A DNA stretch of 54,350 nt from the NCBI GenBank assembly GCA_013239625.1, contig MU054027.1, positions 124,014 through 178,363 on the forward strand, read 5' to 3'. A program made the position numbers and the translations under genes. Every line of letters begins with the position of its first letter. Position 1 is the stretch's first letter. Shown one piece after another: positions 12,128 through 24,420 of the stretch. Origin of the DNA: Lama guanicoe. Its lineage: Eukaryota. The notes beneath the pieces are model-generated. The model saw only the letters and a list, made by a program, of their open reading frames with translations, searched no databases and was not told the origin of the DNA.

Positions 12128-13628
12128 TAAATACTTCTAGCTTTGAATTCTGGTTTTATGACCCTGAGAAAATCCATTAAGCTCTCTAAACCTCAAGTAT
12201 CCCCCTGATGTGTAGGATTAATAATACTAACCTGTGTTACATGCTTGTTATGAGGTTAAATCCAAAAGCGTGTAAAATGCCCAGCATGTTGGACACTTAA
12301 AAATCTGCAGTTACCTGTTATTTTATCCCTCAGATCCAGTTTTTTCATTCATTATTCAGTAGGTGATGATTTGAATTGCATGCCTTACATATAGAAGGCA
12401 TTGGGGATTCCAGCGTGGTCTAGTGGGGCAAACCAACACACAATTAGGAGAGTGTGTGGAAGTACAGTGTGCCGTGGGCCCACACAGAGGTCTTCCAACC
12501 AAGTGACAGAGCAGTGTTGTCTCTCAATACTGTCCTTCCTCTCCTATGCTTGGCTTCAGCCCCTTATCAGCGCGTCTCCTTGGACACTGCAGCAGCCTCC
12601 TGACTACTCCTGCCTCCATTTCCCCCAGCTTTAACTCAACTGTTTACACTGAGCCCGAGCTATCATTACAGAACATGGGTTAGATCACACATCTAATTTA
12701 TTTTAAAACCTTCAATAGGTCATCATCGCTTAAAGGATCAAGCCCAGATCCTTCAGCATGGGATATTTGATAATTTAAAATCTGGACCCACCATTCTTAA
12801 TCTTCTCATTTTATGTCACTCTCACCTGGACATGCCTTTGTACTTAGCTTACTTTTATTCCCTCTTGTATGGGATACTCTTTATCTGGAGATGTAAGGAA
12901 AATGGAATGCAAAAAACAATGCAAAATGGATGTTTCCCCAGCCATGCTCTTTGCATCATTCAGAGTCTGCGTAAAATTAGCTGTTTGCTGCATGGTAGAC
13001 ATTTAGCCTGTGTGTTAGCACTAGTATAATGCATTTGTCTGTCTCTCCATGGACAGTAGGTGGAGCACAGTGCATTCATCTTTGTATCTTTGGTACCTTC
13101 TACAGTATAATTTTTTAAATTTTATTTGGAAATAATTTTAGAATCAAAGAAAAGTTGAAAGACTAGAAATAGGTGATCCAGTGTCTGTATGTCAATATGT
13201 CTTTTTTTTATATATAAGAAAGAAGCTAATAAACTGGATGATTGGAGCAACTTATGGCTGGTGTAGCCAGAGGTGATCAGCATGAAGAATCTAGAAAGAA
13301 GAGAATAGAAAAATTGGAGGCAGCTTTAAAAATGAGATTTAACTTACTATTTAGCAACTGAACTGTAGGTCATTTTTTAGGTATTGGATGTAGGGGCATC
13401 GAGCAGTTTTTATTTTTATTTTTGGCTGTGACTCTGCCATAAGTGGCCACGTGGGCTGGGATAAATCACATGACTTCTCTGGTTCTGTAAAGTGAGTAAA
13501 ACGAGAGGACTGGGCGAGACAAACTCTAAAGGCCCCGTCAGCTGAGACATGCTGTGATTCTGTGGACTGAGCTTATGATCATTCTCCACTTGGACTTTTT
13601 CCTAACACTTGTCAATGTTTATTTTTAG

Positions 13629-13767
13629 ATGACGGTATAGATCCGGTCCAGTGTTTGGAGGAACAGGAAGGATATTTGTTCAATTTTCATGACTCTTCTT
13701 CAGGTAGCAGTCCACGTGTCAGAAAGCATTTACCGGAGACCTGGATTTGGCTAGACACCAACATGGG
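13629..13767 (+). pseudogene. CD109: CD109 exon
   Basis: LEEQEGYLFNFHDSSSGSSPRVRKHLPETWIWLDTNMG versus CD109 SSPHVRKHFPETWIWLDTNMG. Confidence 0.9.
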
Positions 13768-14665
13768 GTAAAAATTTACAGAGTTCTTTGCCCATATATA
13801 TTTTGTTTGATCTTAGTTTTAAGGAAGCATTGCCCTCTTTCTAATATTTAAGTACAAACATAGGATGCCTAAGATCTAAGTAGACCAAGAGGTTTTTGTT
13901 TTTTTTAAATGATGTCTGGTGTATCTAAATATAGCATTTAATAAAGCTGCATGGAAATTGTAGCAATGAGAGTATTATCAAGGGAAAGATAGGCGTTTTT
14001 CTAATGAAGGGTGATTTTAACTTCCCTGAAGTCTCATGGTTCTCACTGGGGAAAGGTTACTAAAAGTACTTTTATTGCTTTCAGGTGGGAAGCACTCATG
14101 ATTACTTCCTCTGCCTTGTGGCTCCTCATAAAACATCCCCATGAGCCACAGGAAGAAGGGATGTGGACACTGGAAGGTATTCAGCTTAGCTGACAAGCCC
14201 TGTGCTGCCTGGTGTGATACATAAGCCGGTATATCATGATGTCTACACATTCTGTTTATAGTCAGCCACTTATGGAAACTAGAAGTAAGACACAAGTCAA
14301 AAAACCAAATAACAGTGCTGACTGGGATACAGAGGGAAACTTCAATGCTTATTGAGAGAAACAAATGGGAGTTAAATTTGGAAAAAAATATATTTGTTAT
14401 CTATACGAAGTTTATGAAATGGTATTTGTTCTGAAGATACAAACATTATAGAGAGATTTTATTGGAATATGGATCAATAAGCAGTGTTATAACCTGTTCC
14501 TTGAGAACTTGAGATCTACTGTTTTATATTTAATCTTTAAAAAGTTTAGAAATGTAAATGATTTGGAAAATTAAAATTCTTCCCAAAAAATGATTTAGGT
14601 TATGTTGACTTATTTTGAAATGTCAGTTCTTGATTTTGTGGTTTTTATGTTTATCTTGACTCCAG

Positions 14666-14783
14666 TTCCAGGATTTATCAAGAATTTGAAGTTACTGTAC
14701 CTGATTCTATCACTTCTTGGGTTGCAACTGCGTTTGTGATCTCTGAGGATTTAGGTATTGGACTGACAACTGCTGCAGTGGAG
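14666..14783 (+). pseudogene. CD109: CD109 exon
   Basis: RIYQEFEVTVPDSITSWVATAFVISEDLGIGLTTAAVE, 118 nt. Confidence 0.92.
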
Positions 14784-15825
14784 GTAGTCTATTGAAGGGC
14801 TGCTTTTAAATGTTACAGTGCCACAAAGCGAGACAAGTGTCTACTCCTCAAAGTATTGAAAAAAAATGGTTGCTTATGATGTTGGTCACAATTTAGAGAT
14901 GCCTGGGCATTTTCTTTTTATTTTTCATCTGTTTGACCTTTTAGAATTTGAGCTGTATTAAACTGCTAAATGTGCTAGATCTGTATAAGGATTTGGATAG
15001 AAAGTTTATTATTAACTGAGTCCAGCCACTTCCAAAGGCCAGAAGATAGAGAATATTTCCATGTCCCTCTTTAAGGATGAGCTGAACTTCTTAAAATGTC
15101 CCCTTGCAAACATACCTTCACATCTCTTTGGTCAAATTCCATCCCATGTTGCTTCCTAAACTGGTTACTGACAAGAGGAAAGTAATGACCATGATTGGTC
15201 TTAGGCCAATAGCTTTCACCTCAGTCATACCTGAATCTGGCTTTTTGTAACAGATACTTTGTTTTGCCTCTCTACCATCCAAAATGAAATACAATACAAT
15301 ACAATATACCTGTATAGTCAGAAAATACAATATGCCTATATACTCAATGTAAAAAAATACAGAAAATACAATATACCTATGTACTCAATGTAAAAAAAAA
15401 TCAAATGCCCTAAGTAAAATACTAAGGAAAACTAAAAGGAATGTATAATAAGACAATACACATTTCAGTATGTAAATGACCAGGCATAGTTTCACTAGAA
15501 GGCATAGTAATATTTAAATATTTACTCCATGCATAGAATCACCTTGCAGTTCAATATACACATATTGTTTTAGCAACTCAAACACCTTGAGTGGTGCTGC
15601 CTGTGGTGATGTAAAATTTGAAACTGTGAACAACTTTTGGTAACTTACAAACAAAACAAAATGTAGTCTTCTCTCAATTTAGAAAATAGTTGTATTCATG
15701 AAAAAGTCAGTGTGTATTGACAAATGCTTTGGGTTTATGTATAAATTGGAATTAGGTTATAAGCCCTGGTCATTCTAAGCAGGTATTTAACATGAATGAG
15801 TGAACAGACATTCAAGAATCATGAG

Positions 15826-16449
15826 GGACATCGTGGGCATATATCCAGAGGGGACTTTAATTCAAAAAAATAAATGGATCCCAGTGTTCATAGCAGCACT
15901 ATTTACAGTAGCCAAGACATGGAAACAACCTAAATTTCCATCAACAGATGACTGGGTAAAGAAGTAGTGGTATAGTTATACATTGGAATACTACTCAGCC
16001 ATGAAAAAGGATAAAATAATGCTTGTTGCAGCAACATGGATGGACCTGGAGACTGTCATTCTAAGTGAAGTAAGCCAGAAAGAGAAAGAAAAATACCATA
16101 TAATATCACTTATATGTGGAATCTGAGATAAAGACAAATGAACTTATTTATAAAATAGAAAGGGATTCACAGACTTAGAAAACAAACTTATGGTTACCGG
16201 GGGAAAGGGAGTAGGGAGGGATAAATTGGGAGTTCAAGGTTTGCAGATACTAAGTACTATATATAAAATAGATAAACAACAAGTTTATACTGTACAGCAC
16301 AGGGAACTATATTCAATATCTTGTAGTCACCTATAGTGGAAAAGAATATGAAAATGAATCTACGTATGTATATGTATGACTGAACTATTATGCTGTACAC
16401 CAGGAATTGATACAGCATTGTCAACTGACTGTACTTCAATTAAAAAAAA
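15826..16449 (+). mobile_element. 5'-truncated LINE-1 with 12-bp target-site duplication
   Basis: ORF2 end and 3' UTR motifs (gttcatagcagcactatttacagtagccaagacatggaaacaacc) plus poly-A. AAGAATCATGAG at 15814-15825 and 16450-16461. Confidence 0.9.
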
Positions 16450-17278
16450 AAGAATCATGAGAAACACGGGACAGTTTTTCATTATCTGGAACTGTCCTAA
16501 GCATGCAGATCCTCAGCCACAAATCACCAACAGTATCCTACTGTGACAATCTACAACACTCCCACAAATGTCCAGATAAAACTCCAAGAGGGAAATTCCA
16601 CTGCCAGTGAGAACCGTTGGCCTGCACAAATCCAGGTTTATCCTCAGAGGCAGGGGAGGGGTTCAGATTTCCCTGCAGGACCTGGCCAATACTGTCATCC
16701 AACACCAGCACCTGTTTGGGTGACCAGCAAGGAAGCACGTGTGTGTGTATGTTGCAGGGCGGCAGGCAAAACACCATTGAGCTGTTCCACATGAGTCTCA
16801 GCCAAGTGCTGTTTGGTGTGGCCAAGGCTGGACAAGATTGGTGGCATCAGCATGGTGTGGTGGAGGAGGAGCTGGGCTTCAGCCTCAGACATGCTGGAGT
16901 CCCATTCTGGCTCCCCCTCTTGCCAGCAGCATGACTTTGTATGAGTTCCAGAGGTATCTGAACTTCAGATTTCTGTAAAATCTAAGCATAACACCTGCTT
17001 CTATAGGTGTAATGACTAAATGAGAAAATCTGTGTTAAGTCCCTGGTCCCTAGCAGGCGTTTAATAAGATATAGTGATTTCTGGTTAAATAACATAGGTC
17101 AAATCAGTTTATCCCTATTCACTTGGGATAAGCTGCTGTTTGCTTTCTGTTGGTAGACAGGTGGACATTTCTATGTGAAGTCATAAGCCTCACAGGTTTT
17201 TTGAGATTTGCTCTTAATTGTGTAAAATAGGAAGCACTTGGACTTGAATAAAATATGTATTTATTGTGTTCTTTCCAG

Positions 17279-17393
17279 CTACAAGCCTTCCTGCTGTTTT
17301 TCATCTTTTTTTAATATTCCCTACTCTGTCATCAGAGGTGAAGAATTTGCTTTGGAAGAAACCATATTCAATTATTTGAAAGATACCACTGAG
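17279..17393 (+). pseudogene. CD109: CD109 exon with +1 frameshift
   Basis: LQAFLLFFIFF, then an extra T in a T7 run gives TAA; the shifted frame continues NIPYSVIRGEEFALEETIFNYLKDTTE. 115 nt. Confidence 0.9.
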
Positions 17394-18793
17394 GTAACAT
17401 ATTAAAGTTTTGTTTTCATCAATTCCATTTCAGAAAACAATGAAGAAACCCCGCAGGGATTGAGTTATGTGTGTTTGGGCATCTAAGCCCTTTATCCATT
17501 GCTGGGAGATTGAAAACAGCTGTACTTTGCAGGTAATTCCTTCTTGTTCATGTCAAAGGACGTCATCACCCCATCTGAGCATCCTCACCTTAGTTTCCCG
17601 CACAGCTTCTCTGCTTTAGCCACACCACTTCCTTGTTTCTGTGGCACATCTTTTTCTTTCTTGCCTCCCCGCAGTCTTTCCCTTGTGTTCTCCCACATTC
17701 GAAGTGTGTTGCCTCTTCTCACCACCATTCTGTGCCCACTGTGATTGGCAAAAGTATTCCTTTTGACACCTGGTTTGAAACTAAGGTCTTGAAATCACCC
17801 GTTCAGTTATGGTTGTTGTCCCCATGTTTGTACAGCACGTTCCCCTTTTCAGGTTTTGTGTTTTGAATCATGGATCTGGTGTCTCCTTAGCCACTCAGTT
17901 CCCTGGAAGGCAGGATCAGGCTCCCTGTTTGTGTTGTGCTGAATAGTAATAATGTTAGCAAAATGATTCTTCCCCTAGAGCAAGTTGGGATGTGTCATTA
18001 ACCTTATGACCTGATAATGCCGTAATCGTCATAAGTACTGCGTCTGCAGAGTAAATTGCTTCCAATTTTCTAATTTTACTTCTTAATCTTCTCAACATGT
18101 TATAGTGTAAAGAGCAAAAGATCTGGAGTCAACGTCCAGCTCCTCCACTTACAAGCAGATAACTTAATTGCAGTTTTACACATCAGTAGTCCTACAGGCA
18201 CTCTTTTGAGAAACAGATGAGAAAATAAATGGGAAAACAATTAATAAAATCTTAGACCCAGAGAAATGCTGTTCTTCATGAGCCTGGCAACTTTGACACA
18301 CTTTACAACAACCAACATACGCTTTCAGGACTAATGTCTGAGTCATACTTTTCTTGAAATAATATTAGCAGAGACTTTGAATGAGGGTAATAACACTTCA
18401 TACTGTTGGAGTCAGGTTTTTTCTAATGGGACCAGTGTCCCAGGATGACACAGTTGAGTCAGGCTGGTGGCAATACCATGACATGAAAGAACCTTTCTGG
18501 GCACACCCTTACCACTCACAGGCTTTGGAAAATGAGAGAACTTAATGTTCATGGGAGTTTAATGTTAGAAATGGAACTGAGGAATGCCCTTTCCCCACAT
18601 GGCTTAAGGTAGAGTGGAAAAGCATAGGAAAGAAATGAGGCTTTTTTCTGATACTCTTTCACCCTCTCCTCGGCTGAACTTTTCTGTCTCATCTTTCTCT
18701 AAGCTTGAGCCTCACAGATTGAACCCCAGTTAAAACAACATTTTCCTCAGGAACATTTATTATGCAAAACTTTTGATGATTTTTTTCTTCCAG

Positions 18794-19009
18794 GTTGAGG
18801 TGATCATTGAGAAAAGTGATGATTTTGATACTCTGATGGCTTCAAATGAAATCACTGCCCCAGGACCCTAGCAGACTGTCCTGGTTCCCAGTGAGGATGG
18901 GGCAAATCTTTTCCCAGTTACACCAGCACACCTGGGAGAAATTCCTGTCACAGTCACAGCTGTCTTACTTGCTTCTTTTGATGCCATCACCCAAAGGCTT
19001 TTAGTGAAG
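18794..19009 (+). pseudogene. CD109: CD109 exon with in-frame stop
   Basis: VEVIIEKSDDFDTLMASNEITAPGP*QTVLVPSEDGANLFPVTPAHLGEIPVTVTA...LLVK. TAG at 18869-18871. Confidence 0.9.
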
Positions 19010-19726
19010 GTAAGGATTTGAAGTCTAAATAAATGGAATGGAAATTCATAACTGAAAAGGAAAGAGAAGGTGGTTTTTCTCTTGGTTAAGGTGGTTTTTC
19101 TTTTGGTTAAATCTATTGGCAATCTCTTTACAGTTTTCCATCTGAATGGAAACTATATCCCATGTATGTTTTAGAAGTAATTGCCAATGCCTCCTTTAAA
19201 TTTATAGGGTGACTAGAAAGCAAGTCAGTTACATTCACAAACTGTGTGGCGTTGGGATCCTATTAAATCATGCCAAGTTGGTATGTAGATTTTTAATTTT
19301 GGGATTCCTCAGTACGGGTAGAAGAGATTTTGTTGATTTTTTTCAGAGAAGAGAATATGCAAACAGATGGCTCAAAATAGGGGATAAGTGCTTATGTTCT
19401 GGAGTGAGATAGCCCTGGGTTCACATGCCTGCTCTGTCAAGGGTGCCTTTGGACAAGGTATTTAACCTGCCTCTTTTGATAATAGGACCCACCTAAGAGG
19501 ATTTCTCACCACCTTTTCATCTTCTTCTTTGTCATTTCCATTGCCATTCCATGAAATGTTTTGTTGAATTTAACTGGAACGTAAACATTTATCAACAGAT
19601 TTGAAGGAGAATCAAGACATGGTGGGTACTTATCTAACCACGCACAGGCCAGATTTACTATCTGCATATAGTTCTCTGTAAACAGATGAGTGGAGACCAT
19701 GTTAATTGTGTTCCTTTTATCAACAG

Positions 19727-19871
19727 GCTGAAGGAATAGAAAAATCCTATTCACAATCCATCTTACTAGACTTGATGGCCAGCAGGCGACAGACTTCCCT
19801 GAAGACTCTGAGTTTCTCCTTCCCTCCTCATACAGTGAGCGGTAGTGAAAGAGTTCAGATCACTGCAATTG
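19727..19871 (+). pseudogene. CD109: CD109 exon
   Basis: AEGIEKSYSQSILLDLMASRRQTSLKTLSFSFPPHTVSGSERVQITAI, 145 nt. Confidence 0.92.
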
Positions 19872-20894
19872 GTAAGAATACAGTGTATCACCATCATTAC
19901 TGATTTATTTGTATGTAATAATTATATTTTTTCATCAATATATAGGTATATTTTCTTAGTTAGTCCTAATGAGAAAAAGTTACAAAAAGGTTTTTGTAGG
20001 TGCCCAGTGCTGATGACAGTAGCAAGGCTGCAAGACGTGTGTCCTGGACCAGTTCTTGTCAATCATCAGTGTGTGCCTGAAGCACCTGGGGAGCTTGGGT
20101 GAAGACAGATCCTGGTTTAGGAGGCCTGGGGTGGGGCCTCAGATTATGCACGTCTCACAAGCTCCCAGGTGATGCAGATGCCTCTGGCATGCAAACCACT
20201 CTTTGAGCAGGCAGGCCAGACTAGCCTGTGGCTGGAGGGAGGGGTTATTCTAAGGGCAGAGCTTCTTGACCACTGGTGAATGCCAGCACTGTCTGTGGGT
20301 CTTTGCAAACATATGAATCTTTGGGTTCTATTGTCAGTCTCTTCAGTCAGAGTCTCTGGGGCTGTGGCTGGGCTTGCATATTTTGAAAAGTTTCCATGAG
20401 TGCTTCTGATCACCAAATGCTGAGCACTACTGCCTGAGCAGTTCTCTGTGCAGAACACAAGTAACCTTCATGGCAGGAGCTGCCCACTGGCACGGTCCCC
20501 CTCTCCTAGCTACCTTTTGATAGCCAACCTAAAAGTCCTTTCAAGTGTTCAACAGAGCTTCCACACAAGTGGTTTATTTATAGAGTTGTGCTGTACACAT
20601 ACCTGAAGGCCGTGTGTAGATTAAAGACATCTAAATAGTTTGTTAGGTCTTTGAGGTTTCAGGACCGGGGGGCACTTTTTCAGATGTTCTTTTGAATATC
20701 ATTTGTAGATGTAATGCTTTTTATCATAACCCCCAATAACCAGTGCCTCTAGCGAGGATTTTTTGGGGAGCCTTAGATAAAATTCTTAAAAAGAATTAAA
20801 TAATCTCTCTTCTCATGGTTGCTCAGAGATGCCTAAGCACCTCCCACAGTGTTGAGATGCTGAGTGATGCAGCAAACACACCGGTGGTTGAGGT

Positions 20895-21008
20895 GCACAC
20901 ACACACACAGCTACACACATACATACACACATAACACGCATACACAAATACACACATACATAAACACATAACACACACACATAACACACACATACATGCA
21001 CATACACA
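20895..21008 (+). repeat. Degenerate (CA/TA)n simple repeat
   Basis: Imperfect acacacatac array. Confidence 0.85.
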
Positions 21009-22167
21009 GGAGGGGAAGAAGCCTGGAATTTTAAATGACACCACTGCTCTTCACATTGGAAAAAGTCTGCCTGTGGTTATTGAAGTGCTGTGAGGTTTCA
21101 TTGTAAAGCTTTATTTCAGTAATGGATTTTAAAGCTTTACTTTTATATGGTTATTTATTTTTAAAAAAAACTATTTGGTACTGCAGATGTGTGAATGTTA
21201 GGTTATTGCCTGTTTGAAATTTTTGAGAGTCTGTATTCACTTTGAATATTAAAAACATAAGCTGCAGTGGTAATAATAGTTAACAGCATAGCCTGCAGTG
21301 GTGTTTACCTCTCTGCACTAACATCTAAAGTTTAAGACATCATACACTCGCACGGCAGCAGCCTACTCACATGAAGCTCTTCCTCTCTTCTGTGGATTCA
21401 GTTTTTTTAAGAAGCAGCTTTTCACTAGGTATCTGGACTTGGAAGGGTGTAAATTTCTAAAATAAGCCACATGATGGATATTCTATGCAGTTCAACCATA
21501 GTGGGGTCAGAATTAGAACTCAGCCTCTAAATGTGTAAGATTTTATGTATTTTCCTGAGTTACAGTGTTAGAATGTGGGTAAAGAGTGTGTTTTGTATAA
21601 TATTACATAACTAACTTTGAAGGATATTTCTGATCCTTTTTGATCCTGGGATTCTCTGAAATGCTTGAAACACTTGTTAGTTCTACTTTGTTGTTGCTGA
21701 ATAGAGCACATTGAAACATACCACAACCCCTGCTCTTAGAAATGTCATTTCTCAAGAACTTGTAGTGTATTAGTAAGGAAATCAGAATAAAATTCTATTT
21801 CTGTGAAGAATATTAATAATAAAATCTTTTTTTCCTATATAAGAATGATAATTTCCTGATGATTGATTCCTGACATTTTTGTCCAAGAATTGTTTTAAAC
21901 TTCCTTTTTGCTTAGATATGCCATGTCTTTGAACCAAAAGTCTACTAATTTGTCACATAACCTACAAGTTCAGTACCACTGTATTATCACTCATTTGGCC
22001 AGTTTTCCTAAAAGCTTGGTATACAGTTTCTACTCTGCTCCAGGCAGTGGAATAATGATACTGCTTCTGTGTCAGGTGCCTTCTGCTCTCACAGGGAGTC
22101 TCTTTGCCACGAGTAGGTACAGCTATTTGAGGATTTGCTGAACATATTAAATATCTTGTGCTTTCAG

Positions 22168-22341
22168 GAGATATTCTTGGTTCTTCCATCAATGGCTTAG
22201 CCTCACTAATTTGGATGCCTTATTGCTGTGCTGAACAGAACATGATAAATTTTCTCCAAATATTTGTGTTTTGGATTACCTGACTAAAGAGAAACAACTG
22301 ACCGGATTTAAGAGAAAAAGCCCTTTCGTTTATGAGACAAG
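22168..22341 (+). pseudogene. CD109: CD109 thioester exon, disrupted
   Basis: [28 protein letters not shown], frameshift, [16 protein letters not shown], frameshift, LREKALSFMRQ. GCGEQ has become CCAEQ. Confidence 0.9.
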
Positions 22342-24247
22342 GTAAGCACTTTGGAAATATACTTTTATTTGTAAAAATAAATTTGTTTTGTTTTTTCCAG
22401 CCAGAATTGACTCTAGACCATATTTCAAAATGGACAGATTTTTGTCTATGTGATTGTGGGACTACATGGGGCTGAATGTGCCAGAGCTTCAAGCAGTGGG
22501 AAGCTGTCACTGTCCTCCCTCAGCTCAGTGCTCAGTAATCATTGTGAAGATGTTTGTTGAGTTCTGTTCATTCAGTTCATTAAGGGATGTGTATTTTCAG
22601 AAGGGACCTGAAATTTAAAGCCACTTAAAATGAGTGTCCACTAATTCATTCCACATTCATGGAGCATCTCTTAGGGCCAGGGTCAGGTCCAGTGCTGAGG
22701 AGGTGGAGGAAGTCAGGCCTTTGCTCTCAAGGAAGTCTCTGCACTGTGGAGAAAGTGTGTACACAAACGCACACAGTGCCATGTGGCAGGGACCCTCTCA
22801 GTGCGTTTAACATTGCAAGTAGTTGGGGGTTAGGAGAGAAGTGTGTTCATGGGGAGGCCCTGCTGGCCCCTTAGAAATGCCACACTGGCGAGTCCTCTGC
22901 CCTGCCTTCTGCAGAGACTGATACTGTTTGCAGATACCAGATGCTCTGTATCTACAACTGGCTAATAACAACAGTTAACATCAGTTGAGTGCTCACTATG
23001 TGGCAGGCAGTGTCCTAAGCACCTTACATCTAATATCTCCTTTCCACACAGTCAGTGTGGTGATTGTCCTTGTGTTGTTACAAATGAGGCAACTCAGGCA
23101 TAGGAAAGTTAACTAACTTGCTAGGATCACATAGCAAGTGAGTGGCAGGGCTGGGATTTCAACTCCCTGTCTGGCCCCTGGGTCCATGCTCTTACTGTCC
23201 ATGCTTAGGAGAAAATGAAAAGTTGTGAGGCCTTGTGACTAATAGTAAGGTAAGCTTGATTTCCTCAAAAACTCCCAAAGCCAGCCACCTGAAGTCCCAC
23301 TCTCAGTCTTGCACTGCCATTAGGGGCCTCTAGCAAGACCTCTGTGTGACCGAATTGATCCATCTGCAGAGTCTGGGATGCTTGCTGCCCGTCAAACTCA
23401 TGAGGATTAGAATAGTTCATGCAAAGTGATAGGAAAATGCTTGCTTAATATAAAGTATAAATTGAATCAACACTTTTCAAACTCGTAAACCTTTTGACTT
23501 TTTATTTTCCCAGTGAATGAGTTCAGTGTCACTAGAGGCAAGCTGTTAGTGGTTTTGCTAACTTTCCCAAAGTTAAGAATTAGAAAACTTAGTAAAGACA
23601 TTATTTTAATGTGAGCTTTTCTTCCGGTTTCCCTCAGTGTGTAGAGACTTGTTTATCCTTAACTAAATTCTATGTACTAATGATAACTGCCACTGTTTAA
23701 ATGTGTTCATTTAATTCTCACAAAGCCCTGGGAGGTAGGCATACTGTTATCATTTCCATTTTACAGGTGAGTAAACTGGGGCATCATGAGGTTAAATAGC
23801 TTCCCTTTGGTTACTTGCAAGTGGTATGGCTCTGGGGCCCATGCTCAGAACACAATGGGACAGCATTTCTTGGCAGCATTCTTAGGTTGTTGGAAGGAAT
23901 AGGATGTGATGGAGTAAGACCAGGGATGGGGCCAAGATGCTTCAGTAGACCAGCCTGCCAGAGGTCTCTGTGGGGGTTCTGATAAAATAGTAAGGGAGGA
24001 CCATGGGGCCTTGTGGTTAAGGAGACACCAGAGGTTAGAATCTGGGGAGTCAGGTTGGACCAGACAGAGCTGTAAGGCATTGGATCCAAGGGGATGAGTG
24101 GCAGGCAGCTCTCCCTGGGTGGCTGACCTGGATAAGGGCTGATTGTGAGTAAGGGGAGTAATCAGTGAGTAACCAGTGAGGCCTTGAGTTTTCTAGGATG
24201 CTTCATAGAGGAGAGGGGGCTTGATCACCTTGTCAACTGATCTATAA

Positions 24248-24420
24248 TACAGTTGACCCTTAAGCAACAAGGGTTGGAGCTGCATGGGTCCATTCATATG
24301 CAGATATTCATCAATATTAAGTCTACAGTACTCCACAGTGTGGTTGGCTGAGTTCAGGGATGCAGAGGAACTGTGGATGCAGAGGGCCAACTCTGTTCTA
24401 TGTGGATTTACCCCAGTGTG
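24248..24420 (+). mobile_element. Tigger-like DNA transposon remnant
   Basis: ta|cagttgacccttaagcaacaagggttggagctgcatgggtcca resembles a Tigger terminal inverted repeat. Confidence 0.5.

Larger units (their letters stand above)
13629..22341 (+). pseudogene. CD109: Unprocessed partial CD109 pseudogene, six consecutive exons (about exons 18-23, bait region to thioester)
   Basis: Colinear exons with canonical AG/GT sites match recalled CD109 peptides. They contain frameshifts, a stop and a mutated thioester motif. Flanking CD109 exons were not found. Confidence 0.93.

Noticed and set aside
22925..22965. Possible next CD109 exon (tttgcag ATACCAGATGCTC)
   Set aside because: Does not extend into the expected YQRELLYQREDGSFSAFG peptide.
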